A DNA stretch of 61,565 bases, the filler included, from Choristocarpus tenellus KU-1152 (taxonomy: Eukaryota; Protista; Phaeophyceae): NCBI GenBank assembly GCA_964200185.2. It is 13 parts of 13 records of this genome, joined end to end, with 100 filler letters (N's around TTAATTAATTAA, not from the genome) between each part and the next. Parts side by side here need not be neighbours in the genome. Positions count along the whole stretch, not along the records: positions 34,009 to 39,788 come from CAXNAD020009772.1; positions 39,889 to 49,496 come from CAXNAD020003539.1; positions 49,597 to 52,586 come from CAXNAD020023102.1; positions 52,687 to 55,314 come from CAXNAD020026151.1; 9 more parts are not named here. The stretch is one strand, 5' to 3'. Positions within the stretch are counted from its first letter, which is position 1; every line of letters starts with the position of its first letter. The translations under genes and the position numbers were made by a program. The notes under the pieces were generated by a model, which worked only from the letters and a program-made list of their open reading frames with translations, made no database searches and was not told the DNA's origin. Positions 39,763 to 52,986 of the stretch are shown here, in pieces.

Positions 39763-40605
39763 ACGCTCCCTGTTTTTTCTCTTTTGGTNNNNNNNNNNNN
39801 NNNNNNNNNNNNNNNNNNNNNNNNNNNNNNNNTTAATTAATTAANNNNNNNNNNNNNNNNNNNNNNNNNNNNNNNNNNNNNNNNNNNNGTTATGTACTGC
39901 GTATCATGCCCCGTCTGCACACAAGGGGGACAACAACACAATAAAGTGGGAGACAAAGCTAACTAGGGGGAGGGAGGGAGGGAGGGCATGTGCAGGCTTA
40001 TTCCAAAGCAGCAGCCACTGACAAAGAGAGATTGAGTCAAACGTAGAAGGAATCCACAAACCTTTAGTCTACGACCTTCAAAATCTTGGGAGGTAAAAAC
40101 CTAAGGCAAAAAGTGGATGCACAATTGGGGGAATCAAAGAGACACATCAGATATCATTTACTTTTGGGCTCCTAAAGTATGCAAACAAAAGAGAAAAAAA
40201 AATTACAACGTAGCAGAGAGGAATCCATGTATCCATGTGTTACCGAGTCCACAGTTCTCCGGCCACAGCACATTATTTTACGAACTGCACAAACCATTCT
40301 TAACGCAACACCCGCCACAGAACCTCCACTTCAAAAAATTCTCCAACAGTTCCGCAAACACCTAACCCCCCCTCTGGATGTCAGTGAAAAAAACGCCCAA
40401 GACAGATGATTCAAGCTTTGGTCGCTGATCCAACATTTGCTTCAAGCAACTACCACACCGTAACGTAAAAGATAGAGGAAAAATCACTATCTCAGCATCA
40501 CGTTGCTCTAGCAATGAGGAATAAAGGTCTAGAGGACTATTGCTAGCTAAATTCACATTCTGTAGACTCGAGGAGGACGATTGCCAACATCTATAAATAG
40601 ATCAC

Positions 40606-43600
40606 CTGTCAAGTCTTCCTGGCCGTCGCAGCGCCGGATCCAATGCCTGGGGTCTGTTGGTGCAAGCAATCACAACCACCTTGAGCCACGAACACCAAGG
40701 AATTAAGTTCCAAAACAATATGGAACACAAAATCAGCGAGAGTATGTCATGATCACACAAGAACAGGGTGAGAGATAAGGGGGGGGGGGGGGGGGAAAAA
40801 AAAGGGAAAAAGAACATTAGACTAAAAAAAGAAAAAAAGGGGGAAAGAAGGGGGGGGGGGGGGAGGGGAGAAAAGAAGGGAAACAGGAACTCTGACCTAA
40901 ATGAAGAGCTTCATAACTATGAGCCTGCTCTATTTGCAAAATAAAAAAGGAGGTATATCACCATTCAAGCTGTGCTGGGAGGACCTTGTGGTAACAGGGT
41001 ACACAGGAAACACACCTTTCATATCTTTACCTCGATCGCTAAATATAATTATTATTATTTATTTTTGCAAGACTCTAAGCTGTTGTTGCACATCTCAATT
41101 TGCTGTCGATATTCTCCATTCCACAACTCCAAGCCAAACCCTCCCCATTACAATGGCATACAAATTAGGGAATGTTACAAACATATCACCAACCTGTTCC
41201 CTGATATCCACACCATCCAGGAGGGCAAGGAGAGTGGACACAATCCTCCTCTGCCCCTCGCTATTTGCCTGATCCCTCCGTGGGCACAGTGAGTCAATCT
41301 CATCAAAGACGATAAGGCAAGGTGCCTTTCTTGAGGCATCCCAGAACGTGCTGCGAAGGGCTGCCTCGCTCTCGCCAACAAACCTTCAGGGTGAGGTAAG
41401 CCAAAGAGGACGAATTGGGTTGGGCACGGGTGATTTGGAAATTGCTAAGAGTGGATATTGCAGGGGCAAGAAAGGGAGAGGGAAGATAAGGATGGTTCCA
41501 AGCAAGCGACGCAAGGGTGTTGAGATTAAATCAGTCACAATTATGGAGGAAGGTAGATGCACAACTAAAGGGCAATGGCTGTTGCGTAATTGTTTCTGTT
41601 GCTGATGTACCAAGGAAGAGTGAAAGAATCACCCATTGTGTGGGATTACTAACGATATAGGGTTGCACCCAGATGCAAAGGTAAGGGTAAGGGATAAAAG
41701 TATCTACTTTAACGCAACAGTCGTTGGGACAAGTCATCCCTTGAAATAATTATCGTCCTGTCTTTGTGTGCTGTTTTGTTGAGCAGCAGCATTTTGTGTA
41801 CCACTCTGTAGTTGATCATGACATCAACTGGGAACGATTGCCCTGAATCAAGGAGCATACTGAATATCAAGGAAACAAGGAAGGAGTTACCCCTAGAAGA
41901 CGGGAGTCATGTAAACAGCGATAAAAAACAAAGAGCTGCTTCAGAACACCTATTTCTCACTTGCATCCCTAGAGTCAAACGACCATTGAAATGTGATGAA
42001 ACACCAAAAAAGTGTTTTTCTTAGATACATTCTTCTTCCAGGGCACAGTACAACATCGTAGCAATACATTCATTTCAATTAAAGCAATACTTTGGTTTTC
42101 CCACTGGAGGCACTTGGTGTCATACCTGAAACACACTTTGAAGTGGTACACATTTCAATACCATTCTCACCTGGATACAAGCTCTGGACCATTGACAACA
42201 ATCACGTGACACCCACATGCAGCAGCTGCTGCCCTAGCAAGTGTCGTCTTTCCTGTACCAGGCGGCCCATGCAGCAGCACTCCCCTTGGTGGCCGTACTC
42301 CATACCGGCGCAAAACCTCTGGTGAAAGCAGCGGTAGCTGGATGGCCTCCTTCAGTTGTTGAATCTGTGGCCCTAGACCACCCACTGAAGACCATTGCTC
42401 CTCCGTCTCTGATGCTGAGTCTCTTAACCCTATCATCACCTCCCTACGACCTACCCCTGTGCCTCCCATTTCAATAAGCTCCGACGCACCTACAACTGCC
42501 GTGGCGTCTACATCCCTAGATAATCTTGTTCCTGCGTGCCCTTCTCTCTCTAAGCCTATACTTGAGTGTCCATCCGTTCTCACAACCCCTCGTGATCCCA
42601 AGGTATTTCCGTTGCTCACTTTTGTGGAGGAGATGGCACTGTTTGCAGTGATTTCAATCACAGTTGCTGAGGTTACTTTCCACAACACCATGCCTTCTCC
42701 ACACCAATTTCTATCAGGACCTGCTGTACCCTTCGACCTTGCTTTTCTTATCTCCTGTGGTGTTGTGTACCCACTTGTAGTAGTCCCTACGGTGGGGGAG
42801 GCGTCATACACCGTTTGGTGTGATTTATTCGTTTTGAGGGGTGTTGAGTGTCGATCCTCGCCTTTAAGGCATCTGTTCGATGAGACTTCCAGGATGTTTT
42901 CTGTGTTTGGGGAGGTGTTCACCCCTGCCGCCTCTAATGATCCAGGACCGTATTTTTTCTCCAGCTTTACGAATAGCTCCGGCTCTCTACCCTTGTATTT
43001 ATCAAGAATGATTTCCAACCCATCCAGCTTTTCTGGGTTGTGATGCCGATAGAAAGCTTCCAACTTGGCTTGTGGGGTTTGTTGGGTGGAAGTTGTATCA
43101 TAACTACTCGTGCTGTCTCTTGGTGCTGATTTCACGGTCACTGCAGACAATTGGGAACCTTGGGAAATGATTGGCGAGAATTCATCAGCAACTGTTAGTT
43201 GTCTTGTTGGTGTTTGGGGGGGGTGATGTGGAGGAACGGGTCTTGGGGCATCTGACATACCCAGTGAGGACATAGCCATGCTTAAAGACGGAGAAGGATC
43301 AGCAGGGCTCCTTGGCATCTCTGTTGCTGGAAATACTGCACCATCGATGCCCAAAGTCCCGTTCTCTTCGACTCCGCCCTCATTATTGGGAGGGGAAAGG
43401 GACTTTACCTTGAAGTTGTGCGACGTGCCCTCGAAGGAGACCGATAAACTGTCACCTTGCCGTGTGTGCATACCTTCGACCGAGAATCTCACAGCTCGCT
43501 CAAAAAGTCTCTTCCTCGATGAGGTCAGACTGCTAAGGTATAGCTCAGTGTCCACTCGGTTTCTCCCCCCATTCTCGAGGACGAGGGTGAGATTGACCGC

Positions 43601-44194
43601 AGAAAGGACGCTCACGCTAGTTTCCACGAGAGGAAGAACCAGCGCTCTGGTGCCGTCAACGCAGTTGAGGCTGCGTACAGCAGATGAAGAGATACCCACA
43701 TTACCAGGGCGGAGAGTAGCAGATTGGAACGGGGTCACCATGCCCGCGACCAAACTGCTTGAGGCGGTGAAGATCACGACTAGTTCCCTAGACCTGAAGC
43801 CACTTTTGCGGAAGTCTTCCTCCGTGAGGGCCACAGTGCGCGAGCCTGATAACCGGAAAGGAATAGGTAGCCCACGTGTATGGTGTCATGCTTGCGAAGA
43901 CTTCCATAGACAACACCGAGTTGGTGTGATTGAACAGATCCACCCACAGTTTGACTGCGGTTGAATCGAAAGGTGAGAAGTCCTCACAAGTTGTCCATCA
44001 GTGCTCAAGATCGCACCTTCTTCTCCTCTACCAGGATTTCCCAGCGTCACGGAAGACAGTAGCTTGATCCTGGCCTGGAGTCCTCCCCCCGCATCCACAT
44101 CGTCCCTTGGTCTTGTAGAATTGGTAGGGCTCCGAGAGATCGGCGACGATCCCGTAAAGGACCCACTGGTCCTTCTCCCCTTCTTGCTCCCCAT
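40606..44194 (-). CDS. AFG2: CDC48-family AAA+ ATPase, AFG2/SPATA5-like, 3'-truncated. Exons 44194-44017, 43845-42171, 41383-41194, 40679-40606
   Basis: [39 protein letters not shown] (Walker A), IVFDEIDS (Walker B), [19 protein letters not shown] (SRH). Phases are consistent. The subfamily call rests on the resemblance of the pre-Walker A motif to Afg2. The D2 domain is not in the contig. Confidence 0.75.
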
Positions 44195-44560
44195 CCTTCT
44201 TCTGTTGCCTCAATTACAATGCCCTAAGAGGTACCGACAGAAATCGCTTCCTTGTGTCCATCGTCCTCTCCACACCTCTCACAACTGACACATACAGATG
44301 GTCATTAAATTACTACACAGCCAACAATGAAGGTTCTCGAAATCTTTGGATGGCGGCGTCACTGAAGGTTAGGGTAAGTGTGTGTTCTCTAGAAACACCA
44401 TTACAATAAATGTGAACAGCAACTTCACCTAGATTTCCCATTATACATAATACTCACAACAACAGTGACGACTAGTTGTTGCAAAGAGTGATAAGCGAAG
44501 AGCCTATTACGCAGAAAGACAGAAAAGCCTAGACGTTGCTCAAACAAAAGGAGTAGTATC
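44195..44560. promoter_or_regulatory. Putative bidirectional promoter/5'UTR region, 366 bp between divergent ATGs
   Basis: Head-to-head starts at 44194 (-) and 44561 (+) on one gap-free contig. Confidence 0.6.
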
Positions 44561-46821
44561 ATGTCTGATTTTTTGAACCTGAACAGCAGGGCAAGCAAGT
44601 TTCAGAGAGAGCAGGAGAAACGACGAGAAGCTGCCCGCTTCAGGATCGAGAAGGAACGTCGGGCCAAGCAGGCGGCCGCGCGGATGCAGGCCCAAGTGGA
44701 GGAGCAAATTCGGAAGAAGAAACTTGAACAACTACGGAAAGAGGAGCTGGTAAGAAAAAGGGGTGCATGGGAGCTGTTACAACATAAAAAGAGCCCATCA
44801 ATAATGAACTCTACAGAGGAACAGATCTCCTCGCCTATACATCTTCTGGGAGAGGAAGGAAAAGCTGGGGATAAAGGGACCATCGTTTTCTAATTCGATT
44901 CTGCGTGTTTTTGTGTGCTTACCTCTCTCGGTGAAAAGGTGAAAAGATTTGTGAACTCTCTGTCCTAACATAACATCCCACTTCAACCCTTTTTGGCAGG
45001 AACGCAAGAAAGCCGATGATGATCTTCGTCGTACCGGTGGTATCAGCTACAATGCGACATTGCGGGCTGTACCCGCCAATGGTGAAGGAGACAAGATCCT
45101 CCTTCCGCCATCGGCCCTTGAATCGCTTTCTCGGCAGGATGCAGTGAGTTTGGGTCCAATGTTCTTTGAGCTGACGCACGTGAGCGATGGCGGAAAAGGA
45201 TCGAAAGAGACACGAAGTACACACGGGGGTGTCCTAGAGTTCGTGGCCGAGGAGGGTACTGTCGGATTACCTCCGAAAGTTGTTATTAGCCTGGGAGGCA
45301 AGCCTGTGGCGACCGAAGAGCTTGGTGAGGTGATGCTTCGTTATGTCAGGTTGAACAAGGCGACGTTTGCACGGGTTATACCAGAGACAGTCGGACTGTC
45401 ACAGATCTCAGAGCTGCGTGCTATGTTGGAGCACAACATGCGCAACCATGCTACCCTGACGGTTGGTGACCACCTGCAGGTGTGGCGGCGAGGAAGGGAA
45501 TTCAGCATGAAGGTGTGTGGATGACTTAAGTCAAGAGAAGAGCTGTAGGAGGAGAAATAGGTGTTCCTGTTGAGGAGTTTGGAGATCAACGGTTCAAGTT
45601 GAATGGCATTTTTTTACATTTCTAAGTAATCCAATACTATGTTTGGGTTACAACCTTTTCTGTTCAATTGTTCATAGAGTTTTTGGTATTAAATGGCTAA
45701 CAGTCACTAGTTAGTCGCTCAATTTTCTTTGATTACCCTCCTAGGAGGTTTATTGAAGGTGATGGATCTTGTGGCTTCATGTGACCCATGAAAACCTACC
45801 CTTTCTACCACCACATATTTTCTTAGTACTTGTAGGCAATGTTCTGTGTTACTGATTCAGTGTAATCTACTTGGTCTCGAACAATATTATGATTGGTCTA
45901 GATTCATGCTGTAGATTCCTGTGACAGTACAATCTGATAAGACAGGTTATGTCGGTTCACCTTCGCTGACTGTTAAGCCTTCATGTCAACAATGGACTAT
46001 CAATGACCATATCAAGTATTGCATCACGTACCTATTTCGTTTACCACAAATTCCTTCCGTGGTTGAGTGATTTCATTTCCCATCTTCTTGGACTTGCAAC
46101 TTCACACCAGGTTGTTGAGCTCCGCCCAGAGCCAGAGGCAACACTGATTGATACAGACATTGAAATAGACTTGGAGCTCCCAGAGGAGGTCAGGAAGGAG
46201 ATGGAGGAGCAAAGTGCCCGAGATCGTTTACAGACACTACGAACACATATAGATTTTCCCCAAGCGGTTACTGCAGGAACAGCCAGAGATATGGAGGCAA
46301 TATTAGCTGGGGTTGATGCAAAGGAAGTGGCAGGAGGGCAACGTCTAAGAAGTGCAACTAGTGAGCAAGGAAAAATGGTTGGGGTTAGTGAAACAGCTGT
46401 TCGAACACAAGGTACACTCTCACCAATGGACACAAATGGCAGGGGTCTACGAAGTTCAGGGCAGCATATGGTTGACTCAGATTCTGACTCGGACTTGGAT
46501 GAGGAGGAATTTAACCCAGAGGCACATCGCCTGGCGAAAAGTCAGGCACTCCCGGAGGAACCTGTTAAAGGAGGGGATGGGGTGGTTACATGTCAGGTTA
46601 GGGGCACCCAGGGGCAGAAGTTCTCCCGACGATTCCATGGGCAGGACAGATTAAGTGTTCTTTTCGATTTTGCAGAGGCAAATGGTGCTTTGCCAGGGCG
46701 GTATCGTTTGGTAGTGCCATTCCCCCGACGTGTTTTGTCCCCAGATGAATCATCACAACTAACGTTGAGTGAGGCAGGTCTTACTTCTAAGCAAGAGGCC
46801 CTTATCCTTGAGAGGTGCTGA
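44561..46821 (+). CDS. UFD1-domain plus C-terminal UBX-domain protein, about 470 aa. Exons 44561-44749, 45000-45512, 46111-46821
   Basis: Charged N-terminal coiled coil; GDKILLPPSAL..PMFFEL..THGGVLEFVAEEG (UFD1 UT3 domain); FSRRFHGQDRLSVLFDF..YRLVVPFPRRV..TLSEAGL (UBX with R..FPR motif). Introns are phase-0 GT-AG. Confidence 0.9.
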
Positions 46822-47899
46822 GCTTGATTAGGTGGTCATGTAGTACTACTGGTTGTGGTGTTGCTGTGGTTTCAGCATGGTCGTAGTGTGGGGTGGGAGT
46901 TTAGCATCCTGATGGTCTGACTGTTTTGATCCACAGAAATGTATGTCCTCACCAGGCCTTACTGCTATTTCCCCCCAACATTTTGTAAGCTCAATGGATT
47001 ACCGCTTTCTGCATGATACCTTGGGGCTACTCCCTGCTATGTACACATTTCCTTACCCCCTTCCTCAGTTGCAGTTGTTCCTGTGGCGCTAGCCATGCAC
47101 TGATTGGTGTTACAAGGTCTGTTAATACAGTACACAGGGGTGATTTTTGTTTGGTTTCTTTGTATTTTGTTAGAACTCTCCTTGTCCTTGAAGATGTACT
47201 CTTTTGTCATTGTGTTCTTGCTACCCCCTACCGTTTTGCTACTCCAGTAGAATAGTGCTGCGTTGTTAGAGCTCTGGAGGTTGAAAGCCCATTTATGCCA
47301 TGCTCACAGTAGTAGCTGATGTTAGTTGTACAGTTGACTCAATAACACCACTCCAGAGCATGGACTGTGTTCACATGATCGGATAGTTATGTTGTATGTA
47401 CTTGTTTAGTTCTGCAGTACTGTGTGTTCCATTCCGGTTTGGAGATGTTGGACTCATGGATTGCATGTTTCATTTAATACACGCTGATCCTTTCAACTAT
47501 TTCTGCCAATATCCTTACACTTGGGAGCAATGCCGTAATTCTACCATTCGCGGTAAGCTGTTGGATTCCTTGGGCTGTTCTAAAGTCGTCTAAACGTGGT
47601 ATGTAACTGGTCTCCAGGATCCTGAATGTAGTTGGATTATCTTGCAGGGAAGGAAGTTGCCCATTGAGCGGAAGAACTCAAGGTCTGACTTTCCTATTGA
47701 AGATGTCGACAAGCATCCACAACAATGCTACAGCGCAATCCATAGGGGTTTGTTCAGTGCTGTGACATGAGGGAACTTAAGAAAGTGGGTGAAAACCTGT
47801 GACATAATAATAAAAATAATAATAATGAGTTTTGAGGTTGGTAGTTGTAGAAGGACACATCTATATCGCAGTTCTGGTTGATAAGGAAGGGCTTGTTGC

Positions 47900-49330
47900 A
47901 TTATGGTTATTATTATTACTATTGTTATTTCTAGCCTTATTTTTTTGTCATTCTGGTACTGTCATTTTTGTTATTGTTGATACACTATTCTTACTATTTT
48001 TAGTACTGATACTATTATTATTGATATTGTTGCTGTTACTATTATTGTAGTTAGTATTGTTATAAATACTACTATTTTATTATTTATAGTGATATTTCAT
48101 TTTATTATTATTGGTACTGGTAGTGTTATTATTATCATTACTGTTATTTTTTAGTATCATTGTGAGTCTTGTCCTTGTACAATGCAGCTGCTGTAGCATT
48201 TTGGTTGGCTAAAACAAATGCGTATCGGTCGCTTCGATTAGATGATTCCTCTATGAGATAGATCATCAAACCTTTGAGTGTTGCCCTGAGGGTCTCACCG
48301 AAGCATGATGCTTTTCAATATTGTTTCACACATTAAAATGGGAAATTTCGTAACATTTGATAATAAAAAACACTACAGCCAGGACTGTTAGAACACGCTC
48401 CAGAACTCACTCTACAGGATGTGCAACTCAAATCCAACGACAATAAAACGACGCTATGGGGGCGTTGCCCTTGGTAACAGTTTCTTGGGTATCAGGCATT
48501 CTTCTCTCGATGCTTCACTAGGTGCTTAGCTTAAAGCTGGACTTTTATGTTTCAATCAAGATCAAAGAACGGGGTGGATTGATGAGACTTTCCGATAGTG
48601 AATTTCGTTTTGCACGCTCTATTATTGTTACTATTATTGTACACTTAATTTTAGCACTATATTATTATTGTTATTATTGTCATTATGATTATTTTCATTT
48701 ATTACGATTATTGTTAGGGTTTTATTATTATTTTGTTCGTGTTTTTGTGGTTAACATTGTTATAATATTTCTCTTCTTTTTGATATTTTTGGTATTAACA
48801 TTATTGTAATTATTCTTACTGTAATTTTTATTACTGTTACTAATATTTCTATTATTGCTTTTTATTGTTACAATTTTTTTACTATTATTAATATTTTTAT
48901 TGTTGGTATTATTTCTTTAGTATAATATTATTTTTAGCATAACATTATTATATTATTACTTTCAAGTATTACTTTTATTGTTGTTGATGTTATTGCTATT
49001 ATTGTTCCTGGTGTTACTAAAATTAATATCACTATTGTAGTTATATTGATATTAATTACGACTATTATTCATTATTGTTGAAGTTGTTGATATTATTATG
49101 TTATTATAATTGTTCGAGTAATTGCTATTATATTTTTATCATTTATTCAGTATTATATTATTACTACTATTACTGTTTTTCAAGCATTATCACTATTATT
49201 ATTGTTGTTATTGATATTGATTTTGTTATTGTTTTTTATTATGTTATTGCTATTATTGTTGTTCTTGGTATTGTTAATATAGTGTATTTTGTTTTGCTCA
49301 CGAATTCTGGATTATTATTTTTATTAACTT
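47900..49330. repeat. Degenerate (TAT/TTA)n low-complexity AT-rich tract, interrupted by the dispersed repeat at 48180-48560
   Basis: Direct observation. The Leu/Ile/Tyr-rich ORFs here are compositional artefacts. Confidence 0.85.
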
Positions 49331-50904
49331 ATTCCTTGTTTGCCATTCCCCTATTTTTCCATTTCTTTCCTTCCCCATGCATTCTCTCTTCTGACCAGCC
49401 CATTGCGACCCCTTCGTCACTGGTTTCATATTTACCCCCCACCTCTGATGACCAACCAGTGTGAACCCCCTTCGTCACTGATTTCCAGTCACCCCCNNNN
49501 NNNNNNNNNNNNNNNNNNNNNNNNNNNNNNNNNNNNNNNNTTAATTAATTAANNNNNNNNNNNNNNNNNNNNNNNNNNNNNNNNNNNNNNNNNNNNCCCC
49601 CCCCAAATACTTTGACCCACTAGTGACATGACATGTTAGTGGAAGGAATGACCCAATAATGCCCCTTGCCTTCAATGCCCCCGGGCAAAATGTATCAAAA
49701 TATGCCTATTGCAAGCCAGTTCTTTGTACAAGTATCCAGTATCAAGGATCCATTTATTGTCCTGCAGCATGACGCTGATTCCTCGGGTAGATATCTCCCC
49801 ATCTTATCTCCTAGACTTGTCAAAGAAGATCTCCTTGCTGCCATGGTCACACAGGTGATATCAAAGCTGCTAAGCTTGGTTCTCACACCTACACTCCAAT
49901 ACCATACCAAATGAGTAAAGGTACCAACACCTTGTATATATATCCCAGGGATTCCTCCAGCAGCTTAATGATATGTGAAATGTGGTGGAAGTCAGATTAT
50001 GTTGATTCCTCTTATCAGACACCATTTTCAGGTCGACATCATCTTGGGAGCTCCTCGCCCTGGAACTTGTGTCTTGTCACCAAGTGTATCGAGACTCTCT
50101 CGCTCAGTGTGACGGAATGCACAGAATACCTGCATGCTCAACAAGTACCAAGTGCCTTGTCTGAGTCGGCACATGGATGTTGTACTCATCACCTTCTGCC
50201 CTACGCTCCTCCTCCCATATACTGCCTGACTCGATGGCTTAAGGAAGGAGGGTATGTCCTTCTTATTGATCTGCTGGGTAGCACTGACATGGGTGCACAA
50301 GGCAAGCGGTCAGGTAGACTGTGAAGGAAATCGGGCATATTAGAGCTTCAGGGCGATCACAGACCCTCTATCAGGTATTCACTCGATGTACACAAGGTAA
50401 CTTGCCTTGCTAACACAAGACGAGTAAGATCAGTAAAAAGTGCACACAATTGAATGGTGCAAACACGAAAATACAGGAAACAAGAGTCGCTTACACGGTG
50501 TCACCCTACTGATGCATCCTAGTGATGACACCGATCCTGGAAAGAGATATGCTAGATGGATTTGTCCCCCACCAACATCCTCTCATAGGCATATAATGAT
50601 CTTGGCATACTCTGATATTCTACATGCCTGATGCTCCTTTGCAATGAGGTGCAGTTTCCTCTGGGCCTCATTCAAGAAGTCCTGTGCCTCCAAGAGCTCC
50701 TGCTGGCTCCCAGGCAAGTTCTCCTCATGAACTCTTTGCCTCACACTGCTGAGTGCATCGAGGTTTCGCTGAGCCCCTTCCACCATCTCCTTAGTGTCTT
50801 CCTTGTCTTCCTTCAGCATATATAGGTACTTTGGACCAGTACCATACAAGACCTGCATTGGAGGAGAGGGCATACCATGGACATGCAGCGATACCTCAGG
50901 GATA

Positions 50905-52481
50905 TGGGTTAGGGTGGATTTTCCCAGTGTTAGCATGAGGAATTGAAAAAAAGACTATGGACTGTTGCGAGGTTAGGTTTTTCGTTTATTTGCTTGCGTG
51001 AGCCGTGTCTGGTATGTACACAAAGAGGACTGTCAGTTGGGGCCTGTTCTCCCAGTGTGTGCACGAGGAACCAAAACATATATCATGTACTGTTTATTTG
51101 CTTGCATGTGTCGGATTTAGTATGTACACAAACGTGGTTGTCGCTCAGGGTGTTAGGGTTGAAGTTGTTGGTATGAAGGAAGGGAAAGGGTCATTTTTTG
51201 GGGGGGTTAGTGTACTGTATCTTTCATGTAATGTGTGGACGGATTCTGGATGTCTATACAAATGGTTATTGGTCAAGGTCTATTGTCGTACGTTTCTCTG
51301 AAAGTATTTCAAGATATACTTCCAGAGGTTCTGGGTTGGTGCTATGCTTAGGAGCATCGTGCGTGGACTTCGGTAGATGATCCTCCAAGATTCGAAGGAG
51401 GACGAGATCGGCTCTAGTTTGTCGACACTCGGACAAAGCATGAGATGATGCTTAGAGTATTAAGAAGCAGGGAGGAGGTACGTAGTAATGTTCAAGGAAT
51501 ATTTAGCGGCTTTCAAAAGGATAACGTATCCATCACAGGCCTTGGCGAATTGAATGGAATCTTAGTTGAAAAGATGGAGAAAGGTTGTTTAAAGAATGTT
51601 TAATATCTTTGTAGTCTAAACCTTGTATTGGACACGCTCTTTTAAACAAATAATAACGCAGGTCTAATCCTCAAGATGAGTATCATATATGATACACTGA
51701 CGCCTCTGACTGGTAGCAATGCATCCGATACCACTGTCTAAATGCATAACCCATCGAATGGAAAGTGCATGAACATGGTGCTCGGACACCAAGGCAAGGT
51801 ACACTGATGCACAAATCAGTGTACCTATAACTCGATCCGTACTTCAACAAAAAACTGAAACGACTGAAGCCCTATTTCAATTGGTGGGCGGACTCGAAAT
51901 TGCATTCGTCACCTTTCTCCCACCACTCTACAAGCTTAGGGTATACCTCGACAAGAAGGTGCCATAGATTAAGGCACGTGGAGTACCTATGGTTCCAAGG
52001 TTTGGACTTCACGAGGCTTGAGAAGATAGCCTTCCTCGCATGGAGTGCTTCCACATGCTTGGGACGCAACGTGTTGCCGGGCTTCCCTCCAAGGTCGCCG
52101 AGTTTAACCCGTGTGGGCTCGTGGACGTAGCAGTCATCCCCGAAAACAAGAGAAATGGCCCCTTTACCGGCCTTGATGAACCTGAACCCATGTTCATATA
52201 TGGCTTGGGTGAGGATTTCAGTCTGCACTCGATACTGCGAAGAAGCAGGCTTCGTTGCTGATCATAGGAGCTTAGTAATGCACGTCTCCATGAAGGCTTC
52301 GGTAATCCCCACGTCGGATGCATCACCAGAGTCGGCCGCGTCCTGTGTTACGCAATCGTCATTACCACGCGAGAATCTTTCATTGTCATCGTCGTACCTC
52401 GAGGTAGATTAGCACGTATTTACCGCGTATTTGCCCTTTTTGGTAGAAGCGAAGACGTTTGCAAAGAAGGTAGGTTCTACA
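50905..52481 (-). mobile_element. Long element D, copy 1 (decayed transposase-like ORF and 3' region)
   Basis: 50905-51085 aligns with 53280-53530, and about 51480-52480 aligns with about 53810-54822. ORF 51872-52228 is a paralog of 54216-54572. Confidence 0.75.
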
Positions 52482-52754
52482 GACTCAAAGTATCTGGGAG
52501 GGGGTGGCGGCTGTGCATTTGGCGTTAATTTTTTCATGTCGCTATTTTTGGGTTATTTGGTTGCATACATTGGATGGATACTGTAANNNNNNNNNNNNNN
52601 NNNNNNNNNNNNNNNNNNNNNNNNNNNNNNTTAATTAATTAANNNNNNNNNNNNNNNNNNNNNNNNNNNNNNNNNNNNNNNNNNNNTTTTCCTGATTTTG
52701 GTCCAAATGGACACCCTGGTGTAGACCCCTCCCACCTCCCAGATACTTTGGGTC
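52482..52754 (+). mobile_element. Family-A MITE halves on either side of a spacer, probably two different copies
   Basis: 5' half 52482-52586 and 3' half 52687-52754. The flanks ACA and TGG do not match, and the host sequences differ (element D on the left, a family-B end on the right). Confidence 0.75.
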
Positions 52755-52986
52755 TGGATTTTGGCCCCCAAATGGACGCGACTCTAATCTCTAAGATACT
52801 TCAACTCTCTACTATAGTTGCAACTTGGATTAGTGGTTTTTCTTTTCAATATTGAAAATTACTAACTTCCCAGAACTTTTGGAGTTCCTTCGATATATCC
52901 TTTTCATATTTTCCAGAACTAGATATCAAGGTTGCTACCTGTTTTATGTATGTTTTATAGACGGAGAGAGATTAGAAAACATTTCA

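Noticed and set aside
42459-43964. Long plus-strand ORFs of 194 and 228 aa
   Set aside because: They are antisense shadows of the large AAA-ATPase exon.
44365-44378. Telo-box-like GGTTAGGGT in the divergent promoter
   Set aside because: It is a single short match to a motif common throughout the window and cannot be told from background.
40606-46821. SELMA (plastid-import sCdc48/sUfd1/sUBX) gene cluster
   Set aside because: Neither N-terminus has a hydrophobic signal peptide (MGSKKGRR..., MSDFLNLN...), and the ATPase looks AFG2-like.
47832-49464. Hydrophobic Leu/Ile/Tyr-rich ORFs as membrane proteins
   Set aside because: They are translations of a degenerate (TAT)n tract.
49620-50900. Possible KDZ/Zisupton-like transposase relic on the minus strand
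   Set aside because: Only vague similarity across many stops; not supportable without a profile search.
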